Assembly: GCA_964366355.1 (NCBI GenBank)
Contig: CAYITO010000001.1
Location: 2,459 to 66,458, forward strand
Direction: 5' to 3'
Length of the DNA: 64,000 nt
From: an uncultured archaeon
GTDB taxonomy: Archaea; Aenigmatarchaeota; Aenigmatarchaeia; CG10238-14; SCSR01
Positions 46,384-57,554 of this stretch are shown piece after piece (position 1 is the stretch's first letter; each line of letters begins with the position of its first letter). Below the pieces are notes generated by a model, which saw nothing but the letters and a program-made list of their open reading frames with translations, did no database searches and had not been told where the DNA came from. The position numbers were made by a program, and so were the translations under genes.

Positions 46384-48338
46384 CACGACATTCTGGTATT
46401 TGCAATGAAGTTCTGCACATCGGTTGTGACATTTGCGCTGGTGGTCCTGTTTACCATCTCTAAAACATTCAATGCATTCCCAACACCAGGGACATTCGCA
46501 GGAGTCTGGCTGTCCGTGATGTAGTTGAAGGCCCATATCTGGCTTCCGACCCTTGTTGCCTTGTCGAACCTTCCCAAGTATTGCGAAGTGTTCGTTAGCC
46601 TGACATAGATTTGCTGGTCCGTATAGATAGGGACTGAAGTGCCGAGAGCATTTCTTATGCCGGCTATAATCGCATCCCTTCCGCTACTCTCGCTTAGGTA
46701 TGGAGATGCTGGAGGGTCCCCGCCGCCACTCACGGTAAAGACCGGAGTCATCGTTATCGTAAAAGAAGTGAGGTTGTAAATCCTCGGCTCCCCCACGCCT
46801 GCATTTGAGTTATTGTAGAAATAAATGTCATCATACTCGCAATCTCCCCCCGTTTTTTCAATTCCGAAATATGTGATTCCCGTAGCATCAGTGGTATTGG
46901 AAAAGCTGTGATTCCAACCCACATGCTCGTCTATGCTATTTAACCATGCCTTCCCGTAAAGCCTTTCCTTCAACTCTATTTTCATCATGTACTGGACATT
47001 GGTGCTTGGAAATGGAGCTCCAAATGTCTGTGCTCCCTGGTTATAATCATCAACCGCAAAGAACCCGCCATCTCCACCTACTCCAAACAGCCTTTGACTG
47101 CCTTGAATAGTATTCCCATTGTGGTATATGTCAATTCTGCACCTGTCTCCAGTACTTCTAAGCAACAGCTTTCCATAAGCCCCGACTGTCCCATTAGTTT
47201 TTGGATTGATTGCTGGAATATTCCTTAATGCAAATGCAAATCCAGGGTCACTCCCCATTTTTACAATTTTATTTGAAAAGGTCGGGCTTCCAGTAGTGGT
47301 AAATCCACCTCTGTCTCCTGCATCATAAGTTTCATTAGTTATATACCAAGTAACATTTCCAAAAGTTGTAACCGCTGAATCATTGAACCACACATGAACA
47401 GGATTTGTGTTCATATCAGAGGTTGCCCTGAAATTAATCTGCGTCCTGTTTCCAGATGTCGTGTTGCACCCGCTCAATTCAAGAGTCCCTATTCCGAATT
47501 TAAGAGCCGTATCATTAGCATTGTTGGTTAGTCTTATATCCTGACAGGCATCTCTAATGTCAACAGAAGCATCAAACCCAGAAGCCCTTGCCAGTTCCAC
47601 CCATATCGTCGCATTCTCAACCGAAGCGCTTGTCGATATGCCTATAACCTTGTTGTAATTCTCAAACGTCACAGCCCAATCAAATTTCTTGTACGTCTGA
47701 TTCAAAACTTTCACCGCAGGAATGACATCCCTCTTGTTCAACCCGAGCTGCCTTTTGAAGTATGTTATGTATTGAATCTCGATGTTTTCGTTCGGCTTGA
47801 GCCTTAGTTTTGCCCTCCCGTCCTTTATCTGGGTTATGTTCACCCATCCAGAGTCCACAAGTACCTTGTAGGTTGAGGGATTCCCGTCCACCTGAACCAA
47901 TTGTAGTTCGCTCCAAGTTATCGTTCCGTTAGGGAATGTCTCGGTGTGTGAGATTGTATTTTCAACAACCGTCTTATTTTGTACAACTACTTCCTTCAGG
48001 GTTGTATTTTTAACTAAGATGTCAAATCCGTTGCTTTGTTGAGCCACGCCTTCAAGCAACTCCTCCCATTCAAATTCAAACTCCTGTTCTGTCGGCAATG
48101 GGTTTTTAAGAGTAAATCGAATCGACGAGCCTATCCTGTCGCTCATTTGCTGCTCCCTTCTGACCTCCAACAGTTCAGCAAAGATGCTGTCAGCCGTATA
48201 TGCAGGCTGTGAAAAGACTTGAGATGCTAAAGCCAAGGTTAGCAAAGACGCAATTAGAAAAAAGGCGGTAAAGAATACTGATGCAGAACGGCTTTTCAAT
48301 TCGACTAAGCGCATTATAAATGAATCAAGCACTGTCAA
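46383..48338 (-). CDS. Large exported protein (DUF2341-like and beta-sandwich regions), first gene of the toxin operon
   Basis: N-terminal hydrophobic segment; IWV..QDIRLT..N; stop overlaps the RHS start (TGATG). Confidence 0.7.
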   Translation of the reverse strand: MTVLDSFIMRLVELKSRSASVFFTAFFLIASLLTLALASQVFSQPAYTADSIFAELLEVRREQQMSDRIGSSIRFTLKNPLPTEQEFEFEWEELLEGVAQQSNGFDILVKNTTLKEVVVQNKTVVENTISHTETFPNGTITWSELQLVQVDGNPSTYKVLVDSGWVNITQIKDGRAKLRLKPNENIEIQYITYFKRQLGLNKRDVIPAVKVLNQTYKKFDWAVTFENYNKVIGISTSASVENATIWVELARASGFDASVDIRDACQDIRLTNNANDTALKFGIGTLELSGCNTTSGNRTQINFRATSDMNTNPVHVWFNDSAVTTFGNVTWYITNETYDAGDRGGFTTTGSPTFSNKIVKMGSDPGFAFALRNIPAINPKTNGTVGAYGKLLLRSTGDRCRIDIYHNGNTIQGSQRLFGVGGDGGFFAVDDYNQGAQTFGAPFPSTNVQYMMKIELKERLYGKAWLNSIDEHVGWNHSFSNTTDATGITYFGIEKTGGDCEYDDIYFYNNSNAGVGEPRIYNLTSFTITMTPVFTVSGGGDPPASPYLSESSGRDAIIAGIRNALGTSVPIYTDQQIYVRLTNTSQYLGRFDKATRVGSQIWAFNYITDSQTPANVPGVGNALNVLEMVNRTTSANVTTDVQNFIANTRMS

Positions 48339-48472
48339 CCTACTATAGCATTAAATTCGGCCAATAAAAAGCTTTTCCAACTCGCAACCAAACCTGATTT
48401 AAAAACTTTTAAGCTTAAACTCCTCAATCATTTTTAACTCAATTGCTTGTCAAGCCTCTGGGGCAAATAACA

Positions 48473-48793
48473 ATGATAGAAAATTCACTTGAGAAGGTCA
48501 GGGAAGCGGAAAATCGTGCAGCTAAGATTATAGAAGATGCCAATCAAGAGAAGGAAAACATAATTGCTGAAGCCAAGAAAAGAGCGTTGGGCATTATAGA
48601 AGAACTTGAGGAACAATCAAGAAAAGACCGTGCGAAGCTGCTTGAAAAATTGAAAAGGGAACTAGAGGAAGAGAAGAGCGAGAAGATTGAAACCGCGGAA
48701 TTCAGCATAAAGAAACTCAAGACCGATTCTAAAAGCAAAACTTCAGGCCAAGTCAGCTTTCTGTACGAGAAATTTCTCGAGGCGATAGGATGA
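48473..48793 (+). CDS. A/V-type ATP synthase subunit H/G
   Basis: LEKVREAENRAAKIIEDA coiled coil; first gene of the operon. Confidence 0.8.
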   Translation: MIENSLEKVREAENRAAKIIEDANQEKENIIAEAKKRALGIIEELEEQSRKDRAKLLEKLKRELEEEKSEKIETAEFSIKKLKTDSKSKTSGQVSFLYEKFLEAIG

Positions 48794-50592
48794 TAAAACC
48801 GAAAGAAATGACAATGGTAAGAATAATCAGTCCTTCCAACAAGGCGTATAGTGTTATCGAATCTTTATACGAAATGAAAGTATTGCATATTCTTGATTTC
48901 AAGAAGGGCGAGAAGGAGTTCTTCGATATTGGCAAGCCATTCAAGGAGGCATCCAGCTATTCAGAGCAGCTGATTGCTTTGCGTTCCATGATAGCAAGGC
49001 TGAAGATATCAGGCAAGCCTAAGCATTTGAAGAACTTCCATGAAGCCCAAAAAAATTTTTTACATTCGAATGAAACCTTCAGGCGCATTATCGAAAAGAT
49101 GGAAAAGGCAAAAGCAGAAGAAACCGAGCTCTCGGAGGAAGCCAAAAACCCATTGATAAATCTCGGCATCGCCCGAGCTGAAATAAAGGAATACAAATCA
49201 CTTGTAAGTTTTCTGGGCACTGTAAAATCTCCGATCGAACCAAAATTGCAATCCATAACTTCCGATTACACCCTTCTTCAAAAAAAATTGGAAAAGCAAA
49301 TTGCAGTTGCACTTTTTGTAAAACGCGGAACAGAAGAAAAAACAAAAGAGCTGCTGAGCAAGTCCGGTTTTACCGAATACAAGCTTCCCGGTTTAAGCAA
49401 GTCAGAAATCGAGGAAAGGCTGTCCGAAATTAAAGAAGAGATAAGCACTTTAGAAAAGCAGCTGGAAGATTTCAAGAAAACAAACTCACAATTTTTGATC
49501 AACTATGAATTTGCATTGGCTGAGTTGAATGAAAAGGCAGAAGTGCCATTGAGATTTGCTGCGAGCAGGAGCACACTTATTGCTATAGGTTGGGTGCCTG
49601 CTGACACGGCTGAGGCACTAAAGCAAAATTTGGCTGAAGTAGCTAAGGGAAAGGTTTCTGTAGAATTAATGCAAGGCAAAAACCCGCCGACTGTCTTGGA
49701 AAATTCCAAATTGGCAAAACCATTTGAACTTCTTCTGGATTTGTATTCCTTGCCAAGATATTACGAGATTGATCCTACAGTGCTGATGTTCATAGCATTT
49801 CCTTTATTCTTTGGCTTCATGCTTGGCGATGTCGGCTACGGATTGATCACTTTTTTTGCCATGCTTATGATCGGAAAGGTGGTGCCGGTTGAAGTCAAGC
49901 CTTTGTTGAGGATAATAACCATCTCGGCTTTGGCAAGCATAGCATTCGGTTTTGTATTCGGCGAATTTTTCGGACATGAGTTCATCAAGCATCCCATTTT
50001 GAACAGAGTACATGACATAAACACAATGATGCTGATATCGGTTGCAGTTGGAGTTGTGCATTTAAATCTCGGTCTGGTTTTGGGCATAATTAATGAGATG
50101 AAGCATCACAACTTTTTCGTCGCTTTCCTGAAGAAAGGTTCATGGATGGTTCTTCAAGTTGCAGTTGGAATTCTCGGCTACGGTTTCTTGCAATCAAACC
50201 GAACTTTCGAGATTGCCGGTGGTGCGTTGTCGATAATTTCCATAGCAATGATAATCAAGGGCGAAGGTCTGTTGAGAATCGTCGAACTTCCTGCACTTCT
50301 GTCAAACATTCTATCATACATGAGATTATACGCAATCGGTCTTGCGTCAGTTTCATTTGCGGCAGTAATCAACAACTTGTCATCCGGCCTTTTTGCACAA
50401 GGCGGTTTAATGATGATAGTCGGCGCAGTTATTTTACTCTCAGGCCATCTGGTGAATTTGTTGCTCGGTCTTTTAGGACCATTCTTGCATTCACTCAGAT
50501 TGCACTATGTTGAGTTTTTCCAAAAATTTTATGAGGGAGGAGGCTACAAGTATAGCCCCTTCGGAATAGTTAAAATGTTAGGAGGTAGATAG
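48790..50592 (+). CDS. atpI: A/V-type ATP synthase subunit I (a)
   Basis: PRYYEIDPT, MLGDVGYG, LSYMRL, LRLHYVEFF. Confidence 0.96.
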   Translation: MIKPKEMTMVRIISPSNKAYSVIESLYEMKVLHILDFKKGEKEFFDIGKPFKEASSYSEQLIALRSMIARLKISGKPKHLKNFHEAQKNFLHSNETFRRIIEKMEKAKAEETELSEEAKNPLINLGIARAEIKEYKSLVSFLGTVKSPIEPKLQSITSDYTLLQKKLEKQIAVALFVKRGTEEKTKELLSKSGFTEYKLPGLSKSEIEERLSEIKEEISTLEKQLEDFKKTNSQFLINYEFALAELNEKAEVPLRFAASRSTLIAIGWVPADTAEALKQNLAEVAKGKVSVELMQGKNPPTVLENSKLAKPFELLLDLYSLPRYYEIDPTVLMFIAFPLFFGFMLGDVGYGLITFFAMLMIGKVVPVEVKPLLRIITISALASIAFGFVFGEFFGHEFIKHPILNRVHDINTMMLISVAVGVVHLNLGLVLGIINEMKHHNFFVAFLKKGSWMVLQVAVGILGYGFLQSNRTFEIAGGALSIISIAMIIKGEGLLRIVELPALLSNILSYMRLYAIGLASVSFAAVINNLSSGLFAQGGLMMIVGAVILLSGHLVNLLLGLLGPFLHSLRLHYVEFFQKFYEGGGYKYSPFGIVKMLGGR

Positions 50593-50596
50593 AAAA

Positions 50597-50824
50597 ATGG
50601 CAGTAGATATAGGAACAGGATTGCTAGGACTCGGAGCCGGTATTGCAATAGCTGGAGGAGCGCTAGCTGCAGGTATAGCTGAAAAGGATATAGGAACCGC
50701 AGCAATAGGCGCCATGGCTGAAAAAGAAGAGCTTTTTGGTAAAGGCTTGATTCTTACAGTCATTCCTGAAACATTAGTCATCTTCGGCATGGTTGTAGCA
50801 ATACTGATACTAGGCAAAGCATGA
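50597..50824 (+). CDS. atpK: A/V-type ATP synthase subunit K (c), single hairpin
   Basis: IGTAAIGAMAE, IPETLVIFG. Confidence 0.95.
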   Translation: MAVDIGTGLLGLGAGIAIAGGALAAGIAEKDIGTAAIGAMAEKEELFGKGLILTVIPETLVIFGMVVAILILGKA

Positions 50825-50836
50825 TAGAGAATAAAC

Positions 50837-51400
50837 ATGGGATTGGAAAATGTAATAGATGAAATTATTTCGCAGGCTGAAAAGCAGAAGCAGGAAATAA
50901 TTGATCAAGGCAAGCAGGAGGCCAAGAAAATAGTAGACGAAGCTATGCGCAAGGGAAATGAACAGGCCAAAAAATTCGATGAGGAAACGAGAAGAATAAT
51001 CGGCGAAACTAAAAAGATGGAACTTTCGGCAGGCAATATCAAAACGCATAAGATGATGCTTGAGGCAAAGAAGAGCATACTTGACGAGGTCTACAATCAA
51101 GTGATTGAGAAGGTAAGCAAGATTGACTCTTCCAAGCGAAAGGAAATCTTGCACAAGTTGGTGGAAAGGGCGGAGAAGGAATTGGAGGATGCAAAGTTTG
51201 TTTACTGTGCTGGTCGAGATAAGGAACTCGTTTCGGACATGAAAGGCTTGAAATTCGGGGGCGAGATTGATTGCATCGGCGGTGTGATAGTAGAAAATTC
51301 CAGCAAAACCATCAAAATAAATTACACATTTGATGTGCTGCTTAAGGATGTGAAGGAGATATATCTGAATGAAATTTCAAAAAAAATCTTTCAAAGTTAG
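50837..51400 (+). CDS. atpE: A/V-type ATP synthase subunit E
   Basis: MGLENVIDEI, IGGVIVE, INYTFD. Confidence 0.92.
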   Translation: MGLENVIDEIISQAEKQKQEIIDQGKQEAKKIVDEAMRKGNEQAKKFDEETRRIIGETKKMELSAGNIKTHKMMLEAKKSILDEVYNQVIEKVSKIDSSKRKEILHKLVERAEKELEDAKFVYCAGRDKELVSDMKGLKFGGEIDCIGGVIVENSSKTIKINYTFDVLLKDVKEIYLNEISKKIFQS

Positions 51401-51401
51401 G

Positions 51402-52313
51402 ATGAAAAAACATCCTGCACGTGCGGTGAGGGTATCTCCATATACCTACACTAGAGTAAAGGCTATGAAGGCAAAACTGCTTGGAAAGGAAGACTACCAG
51501 AAGTTCCTCAAGATGTCCCAGGAAGAGATTGCAAGATACCTGCAGGAGACTGAATACAACAAGGAAATCACAGAGCTTGCCATGAAATTCAGCGGGACAA
51601 ACCTCATTGAATACGGATTGAACAGGAATTTGGAGAACACGTTTTCGAAAATATGGAAAATTGCATTGCGACAGACCAAAGAGCAAATCGGACTTTACCT
51701 GAGACGCTACGATATAGCAAACATAAAAACAATTTTGAGGGGCAAATACGCCAAAGTCCCGAATGAGAAAATAATCAATGAGTTGGTTGTGAGTGGGGAA
51801 TTGTCAAGGAACTTTTTTGAACTGGTGATAAAGGAATCAACGAACTTGGAAAGCGCGATAGAATATTTCAAGAGAACTGAATACTATCCTGTTTTGAAAA
51901 AATTTTCAAACAATTTGACAAAATTGGAAGACGAGCTGGACAAACTTTATTTTTCGATGGCATTGGATGCTGCCGGAAAGGACCTCAAAGATTACATACA
52001 GATGGAGATTACAATTAAAAATGCATTGAATAGATTAAGAGCAAAGAAGGCTAACATAAACGTCGAGCTTCTCCTGGGCGAGAAGAAAATAAAGATACCA
52101 TATCAGGACGATTCTGTTGAGGCGAGAGTCTTCATGAAGAAACTTTTAATCGAAAGGGCAATCAGGATGGTGCACGAAGCCAAGCTCAATCTCAAGCCAA
52201 TCTTGGGCTATTTCATCGCAAAGGAAAATGAAATCAGCAACATAAGAATGATAACGCGGGGGAAGCATGCGGGATTGGGCGAAGAATTAATCCAGAGGCA
52301 GTTGGTGATCTGA
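51402..52313 (+). CDS. atpC: A/V-type ATP synthase subunit C
   Basis: YTYTRVKAMKAKLL, YDIANIKTILRG, KENEISNIRMI. Confidence 0.92.
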   Translation: MKKHPARAVRVSPYTYTRVKAMKAKLLGKEDYQKFLKMSQEEIARYLQETEYNKEITELAMKFSGTNLIEYGLNRNLENTFSKIWKIALRQTKEQIGLYLRRYDIANIKTILRGKYAKVPNEKIINELVVSGELSRNFFELVIKESTNLESAIEYFKRTEYYPVLKKFSNNLTKLEDELDKLYFSMALDAAGKDLKDYIQMEITIKNALNRLRAKKANINVELLLGEKKIKIPYQDDSVEARVFMKKLLIERAIRMVHEAKLNLKPILGYFIAKENEISNIRMITRGKHAGLGEELIQRQLVI

Positions 52314-52609
52314 TGGAGATAGCAGTAGTTGGAAATGACGATTTTGTAACCGGCTTTTCATTGGCAGGCGTAAGATATTATTTCACTTCAGAAACTAACC
52401 TCGACCAAAAAGTCGAAGAGGTTTTGAAATACGATGAGATAGGCGTGTTGGTCATGGAGGAGGAACAATTTAAATCGTTGAACAGCAAAACTAGAAAGAT
52501 GCTCGAAAAATTGGTTAAACCTGTCTTGGTTTTGGTCTCTGACACAGGAAAGGAGACAGATCTCAGGCAGATGATAAAAAGAAGTTTGGGTGTTGACTTA
52601 TGGCGATAG
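52313..52609 (+). CDS. atpF: A/V-type ATP synthase subunit F
   Basis: [26 protein letters not shown]. Confidence 0.94.
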   Translation: MEIAVVGNDDFVTGFSLAGVRYYFTSETNLDQKVEEVLKYDEIGVLVMEEEQFKSLNSKTRKMLEKLVKPVLVLVSDTGKETDLRQMIKRSLGVDLWR

Positions 52610-54339
52610 GCAAGCTATACCGTATATCCGGCCCGGTAGTAGTTGCAGAAGGATTAGACGCAAAGATGTACGAATTGGTAAAAGTTGGAAATGAAAAACT
52701 ATTGGGTGAAGTAGTTCAGATAACAGGAGACAGAGCTACAATACAAGTTTATGAAGAGACTATTGGTCTGAAGCCTGGCGAGCCGGTTGAAGGCACTGGG
52801 GCTTCGCTTTCTGTAGAGTTGGGACCTGGATTGTTATCACAAATTTATGACGGCGTACAAAGGCCGTTGCCAGTTTTGCATGAGTTCGGAGGAGAATTTA
52901 TAGCTCGAGGCATCACGGCGCCTGCGTTGGATGAAAATAAAAATTGGGAATTCGTTGCAAAAGTTGGGAAGGGCGACGAGGTTGCAGGCGGCGACACACT
53001 CGGAACAGTTCAGGAAACAAAACATTTCGAGCATAAAATTTTAGTTACTCCCAACGTCAAAGGAAAAATAAAAGAAATAAATTCCGGCAAGTTCAACATC
53101 AGACAGCCTATCGGGGAATTGACAAACGGAACGAAATTATATCTGTCTCACAAGTGGCCAGTTAGAACTCCAAGACCTGTCAAAGAAAAATTGATGCCGA
53201 CACTACCAATGATAACAGGACAGAGAATACTTGATGCTCTATTTCCAATTGCCAAAGGCGGGACGGCTGCAATGCCAGGGCCATTTGGATCAGGAAAAAC
53301 TGTAACACAACAACAATTAGCAAAGTGGAGTGATGCGAAGATTGTAGTCTACATCGGATGCGGCGAAAGAGGAAACGAGATGACCGAAGTTTTGACAGAA
53401 TTTCCAAAATTAATCGACCCTTATACAAATGCTCCCTTGATGGAAAGAACAGTTTTGATTGCAAACACGTCAAACATGCCGGTTGCTGCGAGAGAAGCAT
53501 CAGTTTACACAGGCATGACGATTGCAGAATACTTCAGAGATCAGGGTTATGATGTTGCATTGATGGCTGATTCAACCAGCAGGTGGGCAGAGGCAATGAG
53601 AGAAATTTCTTCTAGATTGGAAGAGATGCCTGGCGAAGAGGGATACCCAGCTTATCTTGCTGCAAGATTGTCGGAATTTTATGAAAGAGCGGGAAGGTGT
53701 ATTTGTCTTGGTAGTGACAAAGAAGGTTCCATCACTGCAATAGGTGCAGTGTCGCCTCCAGGAGGAGATTTTTCAGAACCTGTGACACAGAACACTCTGA
53801 AGATAACAAAAGTTTTCTGGGCTCTTGATGCGAGACTCGCTCAAAGAAGGCACTTCCCCGCAATAAATTGGTTGGATTCCTATTCGCTTTACAAGGACAC
53901 TCTGGCGCAGTGGTATATTGACAAAGTTGCAGACGATTGGAATGATATAAGGCAAAAGGCAATGGAGATTTTGCAGCAGGAGGCATCGTTGCAGGAAATA
54001 GTCCAGCTGGTTGGAAGCGACGCACTGCCTGAAAAAGAAAGGCTTACGATTGAAATCGCAAGGATGATTCGTGAAGGATTCCTGCAGCAGTCCGCATATC
54101 ACCCGGTTGATTCTTACTGCAGCCTGAAGAAGCAGTACGGCCTTTTGAAATCTATAATGAAGTTCAGAGAGTTGGCATTCCAATCTCTTGACGAGGGTGC
54201 GAACTTACCAGCAATAGCTGCGCTTGACATCAAGACAAAACTTATAAAAGCTGCTCTGATAGATGAGAAGAGCTTCGAACATGAAATCAAGAAGATAAAC
54301 GAGCAGATGGGCTCAGACTTCAAAGGATTGGTTGTATAA
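52600..54339 (+). CDS. atpA: A/V-type ATP synthase subunit A
   Basis: [31 protein letters not shown]; no intein. Confidence 0.98.
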   Translation: MAIGKLYRISGPVVVAEGLDAKMYELVKVGNEKLLGEVVQITGDRATIQVYEETIGLKPGEPVEGTGASLSVELGPGLLSQIYDGVQRPLPVLHEFGGEFIARGITAPALDENKNWEFVAKVGKGDEVAGGDTLGTVQETKHFEHKILVTPNVKGKIKEINSGKFNIRQPIGELTNGTKLYLSHKWPVRTPRPVKEKLMPTLPMITGQRILDALFPIAKGGTAAMPGPFGSGKTVTQQQLAKWSDAKIVVYIGCGERGNEMTEVLTEFPKLIDPYTNAPLMERTVLIANTSNMPVAAREASVYTGMTIAEYFRDQGYDVALMADSTSRWAEAMREISSRLEEMPGEEGYPAYLAARLSEFYERAGRCICLGSDKEGSITAIGAVSPPGGDFSEPVTQNTLKITKVFWALDARLAQRRHFPAINWLDSYSLYKDTLAQWYIDKVADDWNDIRQKAMEILQQEASLQEIVQLVGSDALPEKERLTIEIARMIREGFLQQSAYHPVDSYCSLKKQYGLLKSIMKFRELAFQSLDEGANLPAIAALDIKTKLIKAALIDEKSFEHEIKKINEQMGSDFKGLVV

Positions 54340-54340
54340 T

Positions 54341-55714
54341 ATGAAGGAATACAGGACAATATCACGAATCGCAGGACCATTGGTTTTTGTAGAGAAGACG
54401 CACGAGGTTGCATACGGGGAGCTTGTTGAAATAGAATTGGACGGACAAAAAAAGTCAGGACAGGTTCTTGACACTTCCAAGGATATTGTCGTCGTGCAGG
54501 TTTTCGAGGGAACATCCGGGATAGATAGAAATTCAACTGTGAAATTTTTGGGCAGGACAATAAAGCTCAGCTGCACCAAAGAACTTATGGGAAGAATTTT
54601 GGACGGGTTGGGAAGACCAATCGACGGCGGGCCTGAAGTGATTCCAGACGAGCAAAGGGATGTAAATGGCTCAGCAATGAATCCCTATTCCCGTGATGCT
54701 CCAAGAGATTTCATACAGACAGGCATATCATCAATCGACGGAATGAATACACTCGTGAAAGGCCAGAAGCTTCCAATATTTTCCGGTTCAGGTTTACCCC
54801 ATAACGACATAGCATTGCAGATAGCGCGACAGGCAAAGGTCGGCAAGAATTTCGCCGTAGTTTTTGTAGCGATGGGAATAACAAACGAAGAAGCTCAGAG
54901 GTTCATCAAGGAATTCGAGCATACCGGGGCGCTGGAAAGGGCTGTCGTATTTTTGAACTTGGCTGACGACCCTGCGATTGAAAGATTGGTGACGCCGAGA
55001 ATGGGACTGACTGCGGCAGAGTATCTTGCATTCACCCATGGGATGGATGTTTTGGTTATTTTGACAGACATGTCCAGCTATTGTGAAGCACTACGTGAGA
55101 TAGGTGCAGCACGCGAGGAAGTTCCTGGAAGAAGAGGATATCCTGGCTACATGTACACAAATCTCGCATCACTTTACGAGAGGGCGGGATTGATAAAAGG
55201 GAAGAAGGGATCGATAACACAATTTCCAATTTTGACTTTGCCGGGGGATGATATAACTCATCCGATACCTGATTTGACCGGATACATCACGGAAGGGCAG
55301 ATAGTTCTTTCAAGGGAGTTGCATGCAAAGGGAACCTATCCTCCTGTGGATGTGCTGCCGTCGTTAAGCAGGCTGATGCAGATTGGAATCGGCGCTGGCA
55401 AGACTAGGGATGACCACAGGGCTGTTAGCAACCAGTTGTATGCTGCGTATGCCGAAGGAAGATCGTTAAGAGGATTGGTTGCAATTGTCGGCGAAGAGGC
55501 GTTGACGGAAAGGGACAGGGCATACCTGAAGTTTGCAAAAACATTCGAGGAGCAGTTCGATGGACAAGGAAAGACTGAGGACAGAAGCATAGAGGAGACT
55601 TTGAACTTGGGATGGAAGCTGCTGCAATTGATGCCGAGGAATGAATTGATAAGAATTGATGATTCATTGATAGAGAAATATTCTAAGCAGTTGGATTTGA
55701 AATTTGCTGGATAA
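54341..55714 (+). CDS. atpB: A/V-type ATP synthase subunit B
   Basis: [41 protein letters not shown]. Confidence 0.98.
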   Translation: MKEYRTISRIAGPLVFVEKTHEVAYGELVEIELDGQKKSGQVLDTSKDIVVVQVFEGTSGIDRNSTVKFLGRTIKLSCTKELMGRILDGLGRPIDGGPEVIPDEQRDVNGSAMNPYSRDAPRDFIQTGISSIDGMNTLVKGQKLPIFSGSGLPHNDIALQIARQAKVGKNFAVVFVAMGITNEEAQRFIKEFEHTGALERAVVFLNLADDPAIERLVTPRMGLTAAEYLAFTHGMDVLVILTDMSSYCEALREIGAAREEVPGRRGYPGYMYTNLASLYERAGLIKGKKGSITQFPILTLPGDDITHPIPDLTGYITEGQIVLSRELHAKGTYPPVDVLPSLSRLMQIGIGAGKTRDDHRAVSNQLYAAYAEGRSLRGLVAIVGEEALTERDRAYLKFAKTFEEQFDGQGKTEDRSIEETLNLGWKLLQLMPRNELIRIDDSLIEKYSKQLDLKFAG

Positions 55715-55737
55715 CCGTAGGTTTAAAACTGAAATTT

Positions 55738-55975
55738 TTATTGATACCCATTTGATGCCCTATAAATCACCATATGGTCAGAGGGTAATATCCCATATAC
55801 AGGAACTAATTCAAGGCCAGTCAACTGAGGCAGTAAATACGGCAGAGTTGGAGAATGAATAACTCTCCCATTAGGATTCCTTGAAGTAGGTCTAGTTTTA
55901 ACCCCCCAGCGCAACATATTGTCGTGCAATTCTACTTATTTCCACTCGTCTACCCATAGTCATAATATCATCCAT
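55738..55975 (-). pseudogene. Orphan gene with a frameshift in a G6 run (55902-55907)
   Basis: ATG 55975 gives MDDIMTMGRRVEISRIARQYVALGG*. Removing one G joins it to VKTRPTSRNP... ending at 55738. Confidence 0.35.
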
Positions 55976-55980
55976 CCTGC

Positions 55981-57423
55981 CTACGCATTCAAGTATGTGA
56001 AAAATTCCCAGGGCGTCGGCCTTAATGAAACTTGCAACTGCTCATCTTTTTTAAATTCTACATATTTTTCCAGGAAGTCTCCGGTGAAAACCGGTTTCAA
56101 GAAATCATCATCGGACAACAACGACTCGATAGCTTCCTTTAAAGAGCCGGGCAGTTCCTTAACACCCAGAGCTCTTCTCCTGTCTGGAGTTAGTTTGTAA
56201 ATGTCTTCATCAACTGACGAGCCAGGATCGATCTTTCTCCTTATCCCATCCAACCCAGCCATTAGCATTGCCGCAAATGCGATATAGGGATTGCATGACG
56301 GATCGGGTGTTCTGAATTCAAGCCTCTTGGCATGCTCTATCCCCTTATGATACATAGGAATTCTTACGTTTGCAGAACGATTCCTAACACTCCATGCAAC
56401 AAATACAGGTGCTTCATATCCCGGAACCAACCTTCTGTAGGAATTGGTAGTTGGATTTGTTATTGCACACAAAGCACGCGAATGTTCCAATAATCCGCCA
56501 ATGTAGTATCTTCCGGTCTGGCTCAATTCAGCATAATCGTCGTCAGGATCGAAAAATGAATTCTTCCCATTCTTCCACAAGCTTTGGTGCGTATGCATGC
56601 CTGATGCATTATCGCCGAATATCGGTTTGGGCATGAACGTGGCTACCTTTCCCAGTCTGCTGGCGAGCATCTTGATGACGTATTTGTAGGTTACCACCTT
56701 GTCAGCCATGCTCACCAATTCATCATACTTCATGTTGATTTCACACTGCCCGGCCGTTGCAACCTCGTGATGGTGGGCATCCAGAAAAATTCCGAAACTA
56801 TCTGTAAGAATTCTGCATACTTCATTCCTGAATTCTGTCAATGTGTCTTGGGGCGATGACGGATAATAGCCTGCTTTGAACGGAATTGGATATCCCTTGC
56901 CGCCGTTGTTATGCCACGGCGCTTCAGAAGATTCTATCAAGTACCCCGAACCAGCCCATGAATCCCTGGCAGCTATGGGACTTGGCAACAGTTGCACAGA
57001 ATCAAAAACAAAGAATTCCAGCTCAGGCCCCCAATAAGTTTTATCAAAGCCCATCTTCATTGCCTCCTCTTCGGCCTTCTGCGCTATGAATCTAGAATCG
57101 CGCGTGAACCTGTCTTTTCCAAATCCTTCATAAACATCGACAATTACTCTTGCGGTCTTGTGATCGTCTTGGTTCCAAGGAAGCGTGGCGAAAGTCTTCA
57201 GGTCAGGCCTCATTATCATGTCCGACTCGTGTATGTCCTTGAATCCCTTTATCGAACTGCCGTCCAACTTGCCAAAGCCATCGGCAAAATCACCTTCGCC
57301 TATTGAGTTGGTGGGAATGTTGATGTGCTGTAGAGCGCCTAGAATATCCACAAACTGAAACTCCAGCCACTTTATATTGTTAAATTTTATCTTGTCCAAA
57401 ATGCCGCCAACTAAGGTGTCCAT
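55981..57423 (-). CDS. glnA: Glutamine synthetase type I
   Basis: DGSSI.GF, GPELEFF, HHHEVA.AGQCEI, TFMPKP, NSYRRLVPGYEAP, RLEFR. Confidence 0.97.
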   Translation of the reverse strand: MDTLVGGILDKIKFNNIKWLEFQFVDILGALQHINIPTNSIGEGDFADGFGKLDGSSIKGFKDIHESDMIMRPDLKTFATLPWNQDDHKTARVIVDVYEGFGKDRFTRDSRFIAQKAEEEAMKMGFDKTYWGPELEFFVFDSVQLLPSPIAARDSWAGSGYLIESSEAPWHNNGGKGYPIPFKAGYYPSSPQDTLTEFRNEVCRILTDSFGIFLDAHHHEVATAGQCEINMKYDELVSMADKVVTYKYVIKMLASRLGKVATFMPKPIFGDNASGMHTHQSLWKNGKNSFFDPDDDYAELSQTGRYYIGGLLEHSRALCAITNPTTNSYRRLVPGYEAPVFVAWSVRNRSANVRIPMYHKGIEHAKRLEFRTPDPSCNPYIAFAAMLMAGLDGIRRKIDPGSSVDEDIYKLTPDRRRALGVKELPGSLKEAIESLLSDDDFLKPVFTGDFLEKYVEFKKDEQLQVSLRPTPWEFFTYLNA

Positions 57424-57554
57424 AAAAACTATAACTTTTATTGCAAATGAAGATATTTATATTTGATTATCGACAATTGAATAGTAAAAATCATAAATTG
57501 TGAAGATAAAAAAATTAAAGAACTAATAAAGAAGTATATTCTTATGAAAAAAAT

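Noticed and set aside
46384..46536. Cys-rich 51-aa N-terminal extension of the RHS ORF
   Set aside because: It overlaps the upstream gene out of frame. ATG 46383 gives a TGATG coupling and a proper signal peptide.
38387..48338. Provirus or integrative element
   Set aside because: No integrase, capsid, terminase or att repeats recognised at the borders.
52600..54339. Intein in ATPase subunit A
   Set aside because: Normal length (579 aa) and a continuous GCGERGNE region.
57424..57554. NrpR operator (GGAA-N6-TTCC) before glnA
   Set aside because: No such motif seen in the AT-rich intergenic region.
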